Source of the DNA: a virus
Lineage: Duplodnaviria > Caudoviricetes
IMG/VR virus record: IMGVR_UViG_3300011113_000415
Length of the DNA: 64,000 bases
Direction: 5' to 3' (one strand)
A program made the position numbers and the translations under genes. Position 1 is the stretch's first letter. The number at the start of each line of letters is the position of its first letter. Of this stretch, positions 38,957 to 47,711 are shown piece after piece. The notes under the pieces are model-generated. The model saw only the letters and a list, made by a program, of their open reading frames with translations. It was not told the DNA's origin and made no database searches.

Positions 38957-40165
38957 ATGTCATTATCACTAGACGGCACAACAGGTATATCAGCAACGGG
39001 TAACATCATATCTAGTGGTGGTATTATCTCCGCTACAGGCAACATCTACGGCGGAAACATTATTGGTACTTTGGTAGTTTCTACTGCTACATTTTCGGGT
39101 AACGTCACAGCAGGTAACTTGCTGACCGGTGGGTTAATAAGTGCAACTGGCACAGTCACAGGATCAAGTTTCCTTGGCTCAGTGGTTTCTGTCACAGCCA
39201 ACGTAACCGGTGGCAACTTGCTCACAGGTGGACTTATATCAGCCACTTCTACAATCACATCAGCGGCCAATATCACCGGTGGCAACTTGCTCACAGGTGG
39301 ATTGATAAGTTCAACTGGTACAATCACTGGCTCAAGCCATTTAGGATCAGTTGTGTTTGTAACAGCCAACATAACTGGTGGTAACGTACTAACTGCTGGC
39401 GTTGTAAGTGCAACAGGCAACATTAACGCCAACTTTTTTATTGGCAACGGTAGTCAGTTATCGGGTCTAAGTGCCAGTAAAATATTCAACGGAACATCAG
39501 AAGCCAACATTGGTGCATCAGGTGGCAATGCTAACATTACAATTGGTGGTACATCAAACGTGGTGGTTGTTGCAACCACTGGTGTACTAGTTACTGGTAT
39601 CACAAGTGCAACAGGTAACATTACAGGTGGTAATTTGACCACAGCCGGTATCTTAACAGTAAACTCGGGCAATGCTTCAGGTGCAGTTATTGTTAATGCA
39701 GGCGGCAACGCTGTAGGTAATATTGGCAGTGCCACAACCTACTTCAACAGATTATATGCTCAAGCCACCACAGCACTCTACGCTGACTTGGCTGAGGTTT
39801 ACAAAAGTGATGCACCATATCCCCCAGGTACTGTGTTGGTGTTTGGTGGTACGCAAGAAGTCACAATGAGCACAGTGAGTCACGATACCAAAATTGCTGG
39901 AGTAGTTTCTACGCACCCAGCACACGTTATGAATTCAGGCTTGCAATCAGAATTCACTGTGGAAGTTGGCTTGATTGGTCGTGTGCCGTGTCGTGTAATT
40001 GGACCAATCTCAGCAGGTGATCGTGTGGTGTCAAGCAATCGTGCTGGTGTTGCCGAACGCCTAGACATGTCACAGTATCAACCAGGCGTAATCATTGGCA
40101 AGGCAGTAGAAAGTTATTCAGGCTTAGATGTGGGCACGATTGAAGTTGTGGTTGGTAGACTATAA
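38957..40165 (+). CDS. Repeat fibre protein with C-terminal Peptidase_G2 / chaperone-like domain
   Basis: GGN repeats. TYFNRLYAQATTALYADLAE...PGTVLVFGG...AGVVSTHPAHVMN...LIGRVP, paralogous to the C-terminus of the 26482 gene. Confidence 0.78.
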   Translation: MSLSLDGTTGISATGNIISSGGIISATGNIYGGNIIGTLVVSTATFSGNVTAGNLLTGGLISATGTVTGSSFLGSVVSVTANVTGGNLLTGGLISATSTITSAANITGGNLLTGGLISSTGTITGSSHLGSVVFVTANITGGNVLTAGVVSATGNINANFFIGNGSQLSGLSASKIFNGTSEANIGASGGNANITIGGTSNVVVVATTGVLVTGITSATGNITGGNLTTAGILTVNSGNASGAVIVNAGGNAVGNIGSATTYFNRLYAQATTALYADLAEVYKSDAPYPPGTVLVFGGTQEVTMSTVSHDTKIAGVVSTHPAHVMNSGLQSEFTVEVGLIGRVPCRVIGPISAGDRVVSSNRAGVAERLDMSQYQPGVIIGKAVESYSGLDVGTIEVVVGRL

Positions 40166-40588
40166 AGACCGTTCTACCTGCTCTAGTTTTTGTTGCACAG
40201 CATCCATATTCACAGTGTTCCACAGGCCAGGATGCAATGGTCGAGGCCAACGTCCTGATTCAATCCAGGCATAGCCAGTGTGTTCGTGATTCAAATCTGG
40301 CACAAATTCATAATCTACTCTGCACCAAAAAGTATGGTATTCGAACGCACCGTCAGGTGATGTGAATTGTTCTATAGGTATGAGTCGTTCGTAGTCAGGA
40401 ACACTACCCAGTTCTTCTTCACACTCGCGTTCTACTGCCACCAACAAACTTTCTCCTGACTCTACCTTGCCCCCGGCCAGCCCCCAGGTGTCAGGGTACT
40501 TGACATCATTTCTTAACAGATACAGATAGCGTTGTGTTCTGGCACAAAAAAACCAAACACCCACAGCCCTTATAGTATGAGGTTCCAC
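40160..40588 (-). CDS. NUDIX hydrolase
   Basis: Nudix box GGKVESGESLLVAVERECEEELG. GTG start. Confidence 0.9.
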   Translation of the reverse strand: MEPHTIRAVGVWFFCARTQRYLYLLRNDVKYPDTWGLAGGKVESGESLLVAVERECEEELGSVPDYERLIPIEQFTSPDGAFEYHTFWCRVDYEFVPDLNHEHTGYAWIESGRWPRPLHPGLWNTVNMDAVQQKLEQVERSL

Positions 40589-41976
40589 GAGCCTCCGGCA
40601 TACAAGCCATCAATGCTTTTGACCCAGGCATCGCCGGTCCACTTGTACTGTATGCCTGTGGTTAGATTGGTCACATACTGTGTTTCGGTGTCTGTGACAC
40701 TGTTGAATGCTATGATCCAACGCACACCATCAAATTCAATGATGTCATTGGCATTGGCCAGCAAGGGTTGACCAGCCATGCCCAACCATGCACTGGGATT
40801 TTGACTGTTTGAGGAATTGCCTGTTGCTTCGGTTAACAGGTATCTTTGACCCAATAGACTGCTGTCAAGTCCATCACCAGGACCAGACAGCAAAGGATTG
40901 ATCACAGAATCCACAGGCAACAAAGTGTTTTGCGGAGCAGTGTCAGGATCAATATTGAATATTAGCAGTCGATCATCAGCAGGATTTATGGTAACAGTAC
41001 CTACAATACTGGAGTCTGGATTCCAGGGATTGTCTAGAGTGATATAACTCACACCAGGTCGCAACACACCATATGCTTCAATCACAGCAGGCCAAGTTAT
41101 CTGGGGATCTTCCACAATGGGGAATGTGAAAGGTGACAAACTCAATCTGTTGGGCACTACCACTTCCGCTGGCTGTAAAATTTGCAGTTGTCCATCCAAC
41201 AACACCACTTGATAGTTCCAAGGCGTGACTTTGAGGCGTGTTCCCAACAGCAGATCGTTGTCTAATATGGCATTGGCAGCATCACCATTGGCATCAAATA
41301 TTGATGCAATCACACGTTCGACCACGCCCAGTTTCTTGACCTTGGCCGGTGAACTGATCCAAATAGGGATACCAAATGTCAAGGTCATGATGTCTATGGG
41401 ATTTTCTGTGTTAACAGGTATAACTCTTGAACTCCAGTTTACTTTTTCCAAATCAACCACACTCAATGAAGTCCAGTCAATGTAGTTTTCTGAACTTTGT
41501 ATCTCCAGGCTGGGATTGAACAAGGTGGCAATCTGCTCAAACAACTGCATTTTTTGGTTGGTGTTTGATGTCCAGATGTCCAAGTTTATGGTCATACGAT
41601 ATGGCACAGGCATCAAGCGTTCAATGGTAAAAGCATTGCCTTGGGTGGTTTCGTAGGAGTCTGTGGCAGCATCATAAGTGCGTTGACGAACCTGCATTTT
41701 GTTCACATGATACGGCTCTTGCATTCTGGGACGATCATAATCAAGTGCAGTTATGTAAAAAGTCATGAGCGGGGTTGATGGCAAGGCATTGGCTGAGTTT
41801 TGTTGCATGATTGTGGCGGCCTGACGAGTAGCATCGCCATAACGCACAGGAACACGAATCAAGTCTGTAGTGCCTTGCTCGTTGCGGCCATATTCCACTT
41901 GAAACAAACTGACCATGCGTGTGAACTGTAGCAGGTATCTGCGTATCTGTTCGTCGAAAAAATACATTTGACTCAT
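40570..41976 (-). CDS. gp15: Tail terminator / sheath stabiliser
   Basis: FFDEQIRRYLLQF, RVPVRYGD, MPVPY...DIWT...QLFEQIATLFNP, typical of T4 gp15-like proteins, with a C-terminal extension. Confidence 0.72.
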   Translation of the reverse strand: MSQMYFFDEQIRRYLLQFTRMVSLFQVEYGRNEQGTTDLIRVPVRYGDATRQAATIMQQNSANALPSTPLMTFYITALDYDRPRMQEPYHVNKMQVRQRTYDAATDSYETTQGNAFTIERLMPVPYRMTINLDIWTSNTNQKMQLFEQIATLFNPSLEIQSSENYIDWTSLSVVDLEKVNWSSRVIPVNTENPIDIMTLTFGIPIWISSPAKVKKLGVVERVIASIFDANGDAANAILDNDLLLGTRLKVTPWNYQVVLLDGQLQILQPAEVVVPNRLSLSPFTFPIVEDPQITWPAVIEAYGVLRPGVSYITLDNPWNPDSSIVGTVTINPADDRLLIFNIDPDTAPQNTLLPVDSVINPLLSGPGDGLDSSLLGQRYLLTEATGNSSNSQNPSAWLGMAGQPLLANANDIIEFDGVRWIIAFNSVTDTETQYVTNLTTGIQYKWTGDAWVKSIDGLYAGGSWNLIL

Positions 41977-41982
41977 TTTTGA

Positions 41983-43356
41983 TTAACTAGATGGTTGATA
42001 GGGTTGAGTTGGAGGATAGGGATTGGCAGGTTTGTTGCCACCTTGATCACCATTGCTCAAATCGGGTTGCAGGGCCTGACTCAAACTTTGGCGACTTGGA
42101 ATGTTGCCCATGTCTGTGGTCGGCGTAGTGTATGTATTGTTGACAAAACTCGACCGTAAAGTATTGTTGGTGGCTCCAGGTGTGAGTTGTGTGCGTACAT
42201 CACTTTCAATCTTGACCCAAGATCTGCCATTGTAGCGAAATAGTCGATTGGGAAAGTAATCCAATCTCAGTGCATACTGTCCAGCAACAGGATTCACAGG
42301 AAAATTCACACCGGCAGTGACGGGCAAACCATTGGGTGCGCGGCCATCGCCTGTGAGATAACCTGCGGTGTATCCATCTCCGCGTGGAGAATTGCCTTCG
42401 TTGGCCACTGTTCTTGATGCATCAGTTAAGGTATAGTCTGCGGTATAAGTTGCCGTGGAGGGATTGGCAGGTGTACCATCAGGATTGGTGGCCACAATAT
42501 AAAATTTCACAACATCAAAACCGGACTTGGGTATCTCTGCTTCGGCTTGAATCAATATAGCGTCATTGAGTTCAAGATCCTTGGGTCGAGTACTCATCCG
42601 GTCTGCCAATGTATCAGGATTGGATTTTTCTTGCCAATATTGTGTGTTGGTGATGTCCGTGCCCGGCGGCACATTCTTGGTACTGATATAATAGGTGTCT
42701 CCCGACAGCACCGTGACACCCCCAGGGTAAAAATTGCCAGGATCCCAAATGTTGAGTGGCTCAAATGGTTGTTTGGTGATTTCGTTGAACTCTTGAGCAT
42801 TGACCATGGGTGTGCATTTCACTCGCCACAAGTGAGGCAACCAAGTTTGGCTAAAGCCTTCAGAAGCAAATGCCGCATCCTGTATCACGTAAAATTTTGG
42901 TAAGGCACGTGGTATAGTTTGATTTAGTGGATTGTAGTCACGCAGATTGGGCAGTTCCAGCACATCGCCTGACATAAGTTTGCGTCCCACAGTGTCAATC
43001 ATGTTGTTGTAGTGAAACGTTATGAATATGGTATCATTGTTCAAGAACAAGCCAAATTGTGTGAGATCAAAATCAATGTCTTGAGTATTGTAAACTCCAC
43101 GCATGACATACACATCCGGATCGTAGTTGCGGTCTCTGTTTTCTAACAACAGCAAATCTTCGATAAAAAGTGGATTTGATTCTGAATACTTGGGAAGAGT
43201 AGCGTCATTGTCCCCGGTGTTGTCGTTGGTCAGCGGACCCAGGTATTTGTGCAAATACATATCAACGCCTCCAACCTGATACATCTCCGATATTGTTCTA
43301 TCGAAAAACTGGTAGTCGGCTGTTCTGTTGGGTCTGAATAAACTTAGGCGTGGCAT
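41983..43356 (-). CDS. Neck / head completion protein (gp14-like)
   Basis: GGVDMYLHKY, FDLTQFGLF, GDVLELP, LWRVKC. Adjacent to gp15-like gene with a late promoter. Confidence 0.65.
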   Translation of the reverse strand: MPRLSLFRPNRTADYQFFDRTISEMYQVGGVDMYLHKYLGPLTNDNTGDNDATLPKYSESNPLFIEDLLLLENRDRNYDPDVYVMRGVYNTQDIDFDLTQFGLFLNNDTIFITFHYNNMIDTVGRKLMSGDVLELPNLRDYNPLNQTIPRALPKFYVIQDAAFASEGFSQTWLPHLWRVKCTPMVNAQEFNEITKQPFEPLNIWDPGNFYPGGVTVLSGDTYYISTKNVPPGTDITNTQYWQEKSNPDTLADRMSTRPKDLELNDAILIQAEAEIPKSGFDVVKFYIVATNPDGTPANPSTATYTADYTLTDASRTVANEGNSPRGDGYTAGYLTGDGRAPNGLPVTAGVNFPVNPVAGQYALRLDYFPNRLFRYNGRSWVKIESDVRTQLTPGATNNTLRSSFVNNTYTTPTTDMGNIPSRQSLSQALQPDLSNGDQGGNKPANPYPPTQPYQPSS

Positions 43357-43363
43357 AGTCTAG

Positions 43364-43369
43364 TATTTA
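43364..43369 (-). promoter_or_regulatory. Late promoter TAAATA
   Basis: Minus strand CCATAAATA-ctagact-ATG(43356). Confidence 0.65.
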
Positions 43370-43389
43370 TGGGTAATACTTTTGTTTAC

Positions 43390-43418
43390 TTGACCAAAAA
43401 ACCTGTTGATGCTATAAT
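43390..43418 (+). promoter_or_regulatory. Sigma70-type promoter
   Basis: TTGACC-17 nt-TGcTATAAT. SD GGAG and ATG at 43441 follow. Confidence 0.75.
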
Positions 43419-43440
43419 TACAGCATATTTTGGAGAACCT

Positions 43441-44577
43441 ATGAAAGCCACTGCCGCACTCAAACCTCTCAATCCCCGTAGCCCTGATACCAAATATGTA
43501 GGATCGGAACCCACTTGGCGAATCCAGCCCACAGAAGGTCGCATCAGTGCTCTAAGCAATGCGTTTGGTTGGTACAATTACTTTTATGGCAAAAAAGAAG
43601 CCAAAGACTTTGTGGTGGCCTATTTGGACAAGCATGAAAAAAGCAAGGAAGCACGACAAATTCGTACCTTACCTGACAGCCAAATGCGACTGACCACAGG
43701 TTGGCTATGCCGTATGAGCATGATGGGCTTGCAATTAAGCGATCATGAACAAATACAGTTAGACAATCTGATTGCAGAACTTGTGGCTGTCAAGCAAGAA
43801 ATTCGGGCAGAAGCACAGGTTGCCGATGATGAACCTGCTCGACCCAATATCCAAGACCGTCTTCGTGAAAAAGTTAGCGAATGCGGTGCAGAACTCGAAG
43901 CCATGTTTGATGAGTTTATGTCAGCAGGTGCAAAAATGTCAGCAGACTTCAAGCCCATCATGCTAATCCGTGGCATGAATGTGGCACCGCAAATGATCAG
44001 TGTGATCAGTCATCACTGGAAAGCACGTCTTGCTGAATTTGAGCAGGCCATAGAAGGGCGGGACTCACAACTGGTAGAAGCCTACAGTTTCTTGACAAAA
44101 ATTCAATTGCGTAATTGTATCAAGTTCTGCGAAACAGTGATTAATGACTGTGGTGCTTATGTGCAGATTAAAAAAGTGGAACGTAAACCGCGCAAGGTCA
44201 AAGCCGTGCCACCAGAAAAACGTGCGGTCAAGTTCAAGATCATGGCTGAGTTTGCTGAACTCAAACTCAAGAGTTTGCCAGCCGCAAGCCTTGTGGACAA
44301 GTCGGAAGCCTGGTTGTATGACACCAAAAAACGCAAGTTGATTCACTTGGTAGCAGACAGCCACACACAGGCATTCACTGTGAAAAACAACTCAATCATT
44401 GGCTTCAGCACCGCAGATACACAACAAAAGACTGTGCGTAAACCTGCAGAAACGCTCAAAGCCCTAACAACCGCAGGCAAGCCAGCCGCACGTAAGATAT
44501 TCAAAGACATTAAGACCACAGAAACTGCCTGGAACGCTCGTGGTACCGAAAACTTGATCATTCTCAAGAGTTGGTAA
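43441..44577 (+). CDS. Hypothetical protein, early/middle-type promoter
   Basis: Start moved to ATG 43441 (MKATAALK). Helical N-terminus, basic C-terminal domain WLYDTKKRKL...KTVRKP. Function not recognised. Confidence 0.75.
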   Translation: MKATAALKPLNPRSPDTKYVGSEPTWRIQPTEGRISALSNAFGWYNYFYGKKEAKDFVVAYLDKHEKSKEARQIRTLPDSQMRLTTGWLCRMSMMGLQLSDHEQIQLDNLIAELVAVKQEIRAEAQVADDEPARPNIQDRLREKVSECGAELEAMFDEFMSAGAKMSADFKPIMLIRGMNVAPQMISVISHHWKARLAEFEQAIEGRDSQLVEAYSFLTKIQLRNCIKFCETVINDCGAYVQIKKVERKPRKVKAVPPEKRAVKFKIMAEFAELKLKSLPAASLVDKSEAWLYDTKKRKLIHLVADSHTQAFTVKNNSIIGFSTADTQQKTVRKPAETLKALTTAGKPAARKIFKDIKTTETAWNARGTENLIILKSW

Positions 44578-44582
44578 TGGGC

Positions 44583-44607
44583 TAAATATTGGGTACGGAG
44601 TACCCAA
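44583..44607 (+). promoter_or_regulatory. Late promoter TAAATA plus 8-bp hairpin covering the SD and start of gp13
   Basis: TAAATA 44583-88, then TTGGGTAC-GGA-GTACCCAA 44589-44607, whose last A is the A of ATG. Confidence 0.6.
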
Positions 44608-45374
44608 TGTCAGAAACCCAAGATAGTTTAACCACACTCAAATCCCAACTGTTTGATTATGTTCGCTTTACTTTGGGCGACCAAATTGTGGATCTTGAAC
44701 TGGACCCTGCACACTACGAAACTGCTTATCAACGCACCATTGGCACTTATAGACAGCGAGCCAACAATGCCTATGAAGAAAGTTACAGTTTCATGCAGTT
44801 GGTCAATCAGGTAAACATCTATACCTTGCCACAAGAAGTTCAAAGTGTGCGACAGATCTTTAGACGCACATTTGGTATTGCCACAGGTCCTTTTGGATCA
44901 AACTTTGACCCGTTCAGTCAAGCACAGATGAACGTGTACTTGATCAACTTCAACCAAGCAGGTGGCTTGGCCACTTATGATTTTTACAGTCAGTATGTGG
45001 AATTGGCCGCACGTATGTTTGGTGGCTACCTAAACTACACTTGGAATCCAGTGACCAAGAAACTGCAACTGATCCGTAGCCCCCCTGGTGGTGGCGAAGT
45101 TGTGTTGCTTTGGACCTATAACCTTAAACCCGAAATTCAATTGCTGAGTGACTACCAAATTCAACAGTGGATCCGTGACTACATGGTTGCGGCCTGCAAG
45201 ATGATCATTGGTGAAGCACGTGAGAAGTTTGGACAGATTGCTGGACCGCAAGGCGGCAGCGTCTTAAACGGCACAGCCATGAAAGCCGAAGCACAGGCCC
45301 AAATGGATGCCAAAATCCAAGAACTGGTCATGTACGTGGACGGATCACAGCCACTGACCTTTGTAATTGGCTAA
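44607..45374 (+). CDS. gp13: Neck protein
   Basis: LGDQIVDLELD, WIRDYMVAACKMIIGEAREKF..I.GPQGG.VLNG.AMKAEA are T4 gp13 family motifs. Confidence 0.85.
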   Translation: MSETQDSLTTLKSQLFDYVRFTLGDQIVDLELDPAHYETAYQRTIGTYRQRANNAYEESYSFMQLVNQVNIYTLPQEVQSVRQIFRRTFGIATGPFGSNFDPFSQAQMNVYLINFNQAGGLATYDFYSQYVELAARMFGGYLNYTWNPVTKKLQLIRSPPGGGEVVLLWTYNLKPEIQLLSDYQIQQWIRDYMVAACKMIIGEAREKFGQIAGPQGGSVLNGTAMKAEAQAQMDAKIQELVMYVDGSQPLTFVIG

Positions 45375-46093
45375 TGCCCACACTGATAGTAGGTTGTAGT
45401 TTTTGTAGCACCCTTGGTGAACAAAACCCAGATCGATGGCAATCGCGTCCTGACGTAGTGGTACAAGCAACATCAGGAACAGGTAATCAAGCCATGGCTG
45501 CAAGAGTAGCATTTGAATGTTCTAGGTACAATTATAATCGAGTGATTGTGATATGGACAGGAATCAATCGACTTGATACTATGATCACTCGAGATCTACA
45601 TGAAACGTATCCAGGCGCCAAACAATGTAGACCAGAATACAGTTTCTGTACTCCGTTAGAACAAAGTGTTTGGTACCATTCGGGTGGCCAGGCTGGATCT
45701 TGGACATGGAAAGATTGTCCATCAGAAATACATCAAATTTTTAAAACACAATATCTTGGAGCAAGTCCGAGATATCTTTCAGATATCAGTTTATGCAGTG
45801 TGTTTTACACACAAAGTTTTTTAGAAAAATTAGATATCAAATATCAAATGAGTTTTATCTACAATCCTCTAGCACAATGGTCACACACTAGACACGAGCA
45901 TTATTTTGGAACAATAGATAAACATTCTGCTTACTACAATCTAGTAGACTGGGCAAAGATAGATATCACCAACACTGCCTTTGAATGGGCCAATCAAGAC
46001 CTCAATCGATTGGAAATTGATCAATTGCATCCAACTCGAGACGCTATGAGAGAGTGGATAGATCTTACCTTTAACATAGACATTGCCGCGTAA
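45374..46093 (+). CDS. Hypothetical protein, possibly SGNH-hydrolase-like
   Basis: N-terminal LIVGCSF, GTGNQAMA, VIVIWTGINR, C-terminal DQLHP match the SGNH block pattern loosely. Confidence 0.5.
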   Translation: MPTLIVGCSFCSTLGEQNPDRWQSRPDVVVQATSGTGNQAMAARVAFECSRYNYNRVIVIWTGINRLDTMITRDLHETYPGAKQCRPEYSFCTPLEQSVWYHSGGQAGSWTWKDCPSEIHQIFKTQYLGASPRYLSDISLCSVFYTQSFLEKLDIKYQMSFIYNPLAQWSHTRHEHYFGTIDKHSAYYNLVDWAKIDITNTAFEWANQDLNRLEIDQLHPTRDAMREWIDLTFNIDIAA

Positions 46094-46105
46094 CTTTGCT
46101 ATAAT
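46077..46105 (+). promoter_or_regulatory. Sigma70-type promoter, ATG only 6 nt downstream
   Basis: TAGACA-17 nt-TGcTATAAT (46100-46105), ATG at 46112 without SD. Confidence 0.6.
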
Positions 46106-46111
46106 CTAGCA

Positions 46112-46633
46112 ATGCACCTGATGATTGATCTTGAGGGTTTGGCAACAGGCCCTGACACTACTATTCTTACCATAGCCGCCCAGGCCTTTGATCCGTTTGG
46201 GTCAGGCTATTACGATCAGCATTACTATGCTAGAATCACACCGGAAAGCCAGGAAAATCGCGCCATTGATGACGGTACAATTGCATGGTGGGCTACACAA
46301 CCAGAACACGCTAGAGAAGAAGCATTTGGCGAGCAAGATCGTATCCCCTTGGATCAAGCATTAGATGAGTTAGGCCGGTTGATTTGGCACTCCAAGATGA
46401 TCTGGGCCCAAGGTCCTACATATGACTGTAACATACTTGAACACGCCTACAAGAGTTATGGCAAAGCCTTGCCTTGGAAATACTATCAGGTACGAGATTC
46501 GAGAACTGTGTTTAGCCTATGGCCTGAACTGCCTATTCCTCCTACCAGCCATCATGCGCTAGAAGACTGTCGCAGACAAATTGGTATGCTTCAAGATACG
46601 CTTAAATATCTCAACGTAAAGGAACTCAAATGA
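46112..46633 (+). CDS. DEDD 3'-5' exonuclease (Rv2179c-like)
   Basis: HLMIDLEGL, WAQGPTYD, PWKYYQVRDSRT, HHALED. Confidence 0.85.
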   Translation: MHLMIDLEGLATGPDTTILTIAAQAFDPFGSGYYDQHYYARITPESQENRAIDDGTIAWWATQPEHAREEAFGEQDRIPLDQALDELGRLIWHSKMIWAQGPTYDCNILEHAYKSYGKALPWKYYQVRDSRTVFSLWPELPIPPTSHHALEDCRRQIGMLQDTLKYLNVKELK

Positions 46634-47295
46634 TCATTGGAGTATGTGGATTCATTGGCTCGGGAAAAGATACTATTGCTGATTATCTCACTAACTTTCA
46701 TGGATTCCGCAGAGAATCATTTGCATCAACATTAAAAGATGCTGTTAGCCAAGTGTTTGGATGGGACAGAACCCTACTGGAAGGGCGCACTAAACAGGCT
46801 CGTGAGTGGCGTGAGCGTGTGGATCCTTGGTGGGCAGAACGCTTGAACATGCCCACACTTACTCCACGTTGGATATTGCAGTACTGGGGTACAGAAGTGT
46901 GCAGAGCCGGTTTTCACGATGACATTTGGATTGCCAGTTTAGAAAACAAACTACGACACAGCCAAGATGATATTGTTATTTCGGACTGCCGTTTTCCCAA
47001 CGAGATTAAGGCCATTAAGAACGCCGGCGGGCGTGTGATTAGAGTAGTGCGTGGCCCTGAACCTGCCTGGTATGATGCGGCTGTAAGCGTAAACCGTGGA
47101 CCCAATGGCAACTCAACCTGGGCATTAAGTCACAAAAAACTTGAAAAATTGGGCATCCATGCCTCAGAAACTGCCTGGGTAGGCACTCAATTTGATGCGG
47201 TGCTAGACAACAACACTACAGTGGATGACTTGTATCAACAGGTCAATGATCTGCTTGCAAGTCTCCTGGACGCCAAGGCACAGTCAAACGTTTGA
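46630..47295 (+). CDS. Deoxynucleoside monophosphate kinase (T4 gp1-like)
   Basis: IIGVCGFIGSGKDT P-loop, LQYWGTEVCR, VISDCRFPNE. Confidence 0.9.
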   Translation: MIIGVCGFIGSGKDTIADYLTNFHGFRRESFASTLKDAVSQVFGWDRTLLEGRTKQAREWRERVDPWWAERLNMPTLTPRWILQYWGTEVCRAGFHDDIWIASLENKLRHSQDDIVISDCRFPNEIKAIKNAGGRVIRVVRGPEPAWYDAAVSVNRGPNGNSTWALSHKKLEKLGIHASETAWVGTQFDAVLDNNTTVDDLYQQVNDLLASLLDAKAQSNV

Positions 47296-47587
47296 CCTCT
47301 TCCACGCAGTTCAAGCAAATGGTGCGTAGGTTTGATAGTTCAGTGTTGGTCATGCGACCATCCACATGATAAACTAACAGTTGACTGGCGTATCTTGATT
47401 TAAACCCACAGCGATCGCACACAGTTTTTTTCTTATAGCCTGCTGACTGCCAACGTGCTACTGGTGTTTTTTCTCTGCGCCCACGACGTATACAATGATC
47501 GCATCGGTTGCGATAATAGACTGTTTCACCGCGACGGTAGTTCACAGCCACTGGGCGTTGCTTACATGCTCCACAAATGGGTCTCAT
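47243..47587 (-). CDS. Small HNH-like zinc-binding endonuclease
   Basis: CGAC, CDHC, CDRC and VYHVDG...N...SNLRTICLNC. TAAATA 5 nt upstream. Confidence 0.7.
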   Translation of the reverse strand: MRPICGACKQRPVAVNYRRGETVYYRNRCDHCIRRGRREKTPVARWQSAGYKKKTVCDRCGFKSRYASQLLVYHVDGRMTNTELSNLRTICLNCVEEVKRLTVPWRPGDLQADH

Positions 47588-47592
47588 GTGCT

Positions 47593-47598
47593 TATTTA
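47593..47598 (-). promoter_or_regulatory. Late promoter TAAATA
   Basis: Minus strand ACTAAATA-agcac-ATG(47587). Confidence 0.6.
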
Positions 47599-47654
47599 GT
47601 AAAGCGAACCTTTATAAAGGGCAACACAACCAGGGTGGTTTTAGTCTCTATCGA

Positions 47655-47660
47655 TAAATA
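47655..47660 (+). promoter_or_regulatory. Late promoter TAAATA
   Basis: GATAAATA upstream of AGGAG SD and the sheath ATG at 47712. Confidence 0.6.
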
Positions 47661-47711
47661 TCTTTATGAAAAAATATTTTTTGATATTTTACAAAATTTT
47701 AGGAGAATAAA

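Larger units (their letters stand above)
26482..40165 (+). repeat. Coding tandem repeats of 17-aa (51 nt) and 23-aa (69 nt) units across four fibre genes
   Basis: Units such as ATANVTGGNLLTGGLIS (17 aa) and ATGNITSVANIAGGNLLTGGLVS (23 aa). The exact DNA string GGTAATATCACAAGTGTGGCCAACAT recurs near 27070, 27810, 27930, 29405, 29640, 29760 and 29985. Confidence 0.85.

Noticed and set aside
23198-39735. Many long minus-strand ORFs (e.g. 27435-28313, 29247-30197, 34069-35280) reading PPVxLPVA...
   Set aside because: They mirror the Gly/Asn/Thr codon repeats of the plus-strand fibre genes, have no SD or promoter, and give low-complexity products. Shadow ORFs.
26482-40165. CRISPR array or DGR template/variable repeats
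   Set aside because: The repeats are in-frame coding units without unique spacers of constant length. No reverse transcriptase in the window and no adenine-specific mismatch pattern seen.
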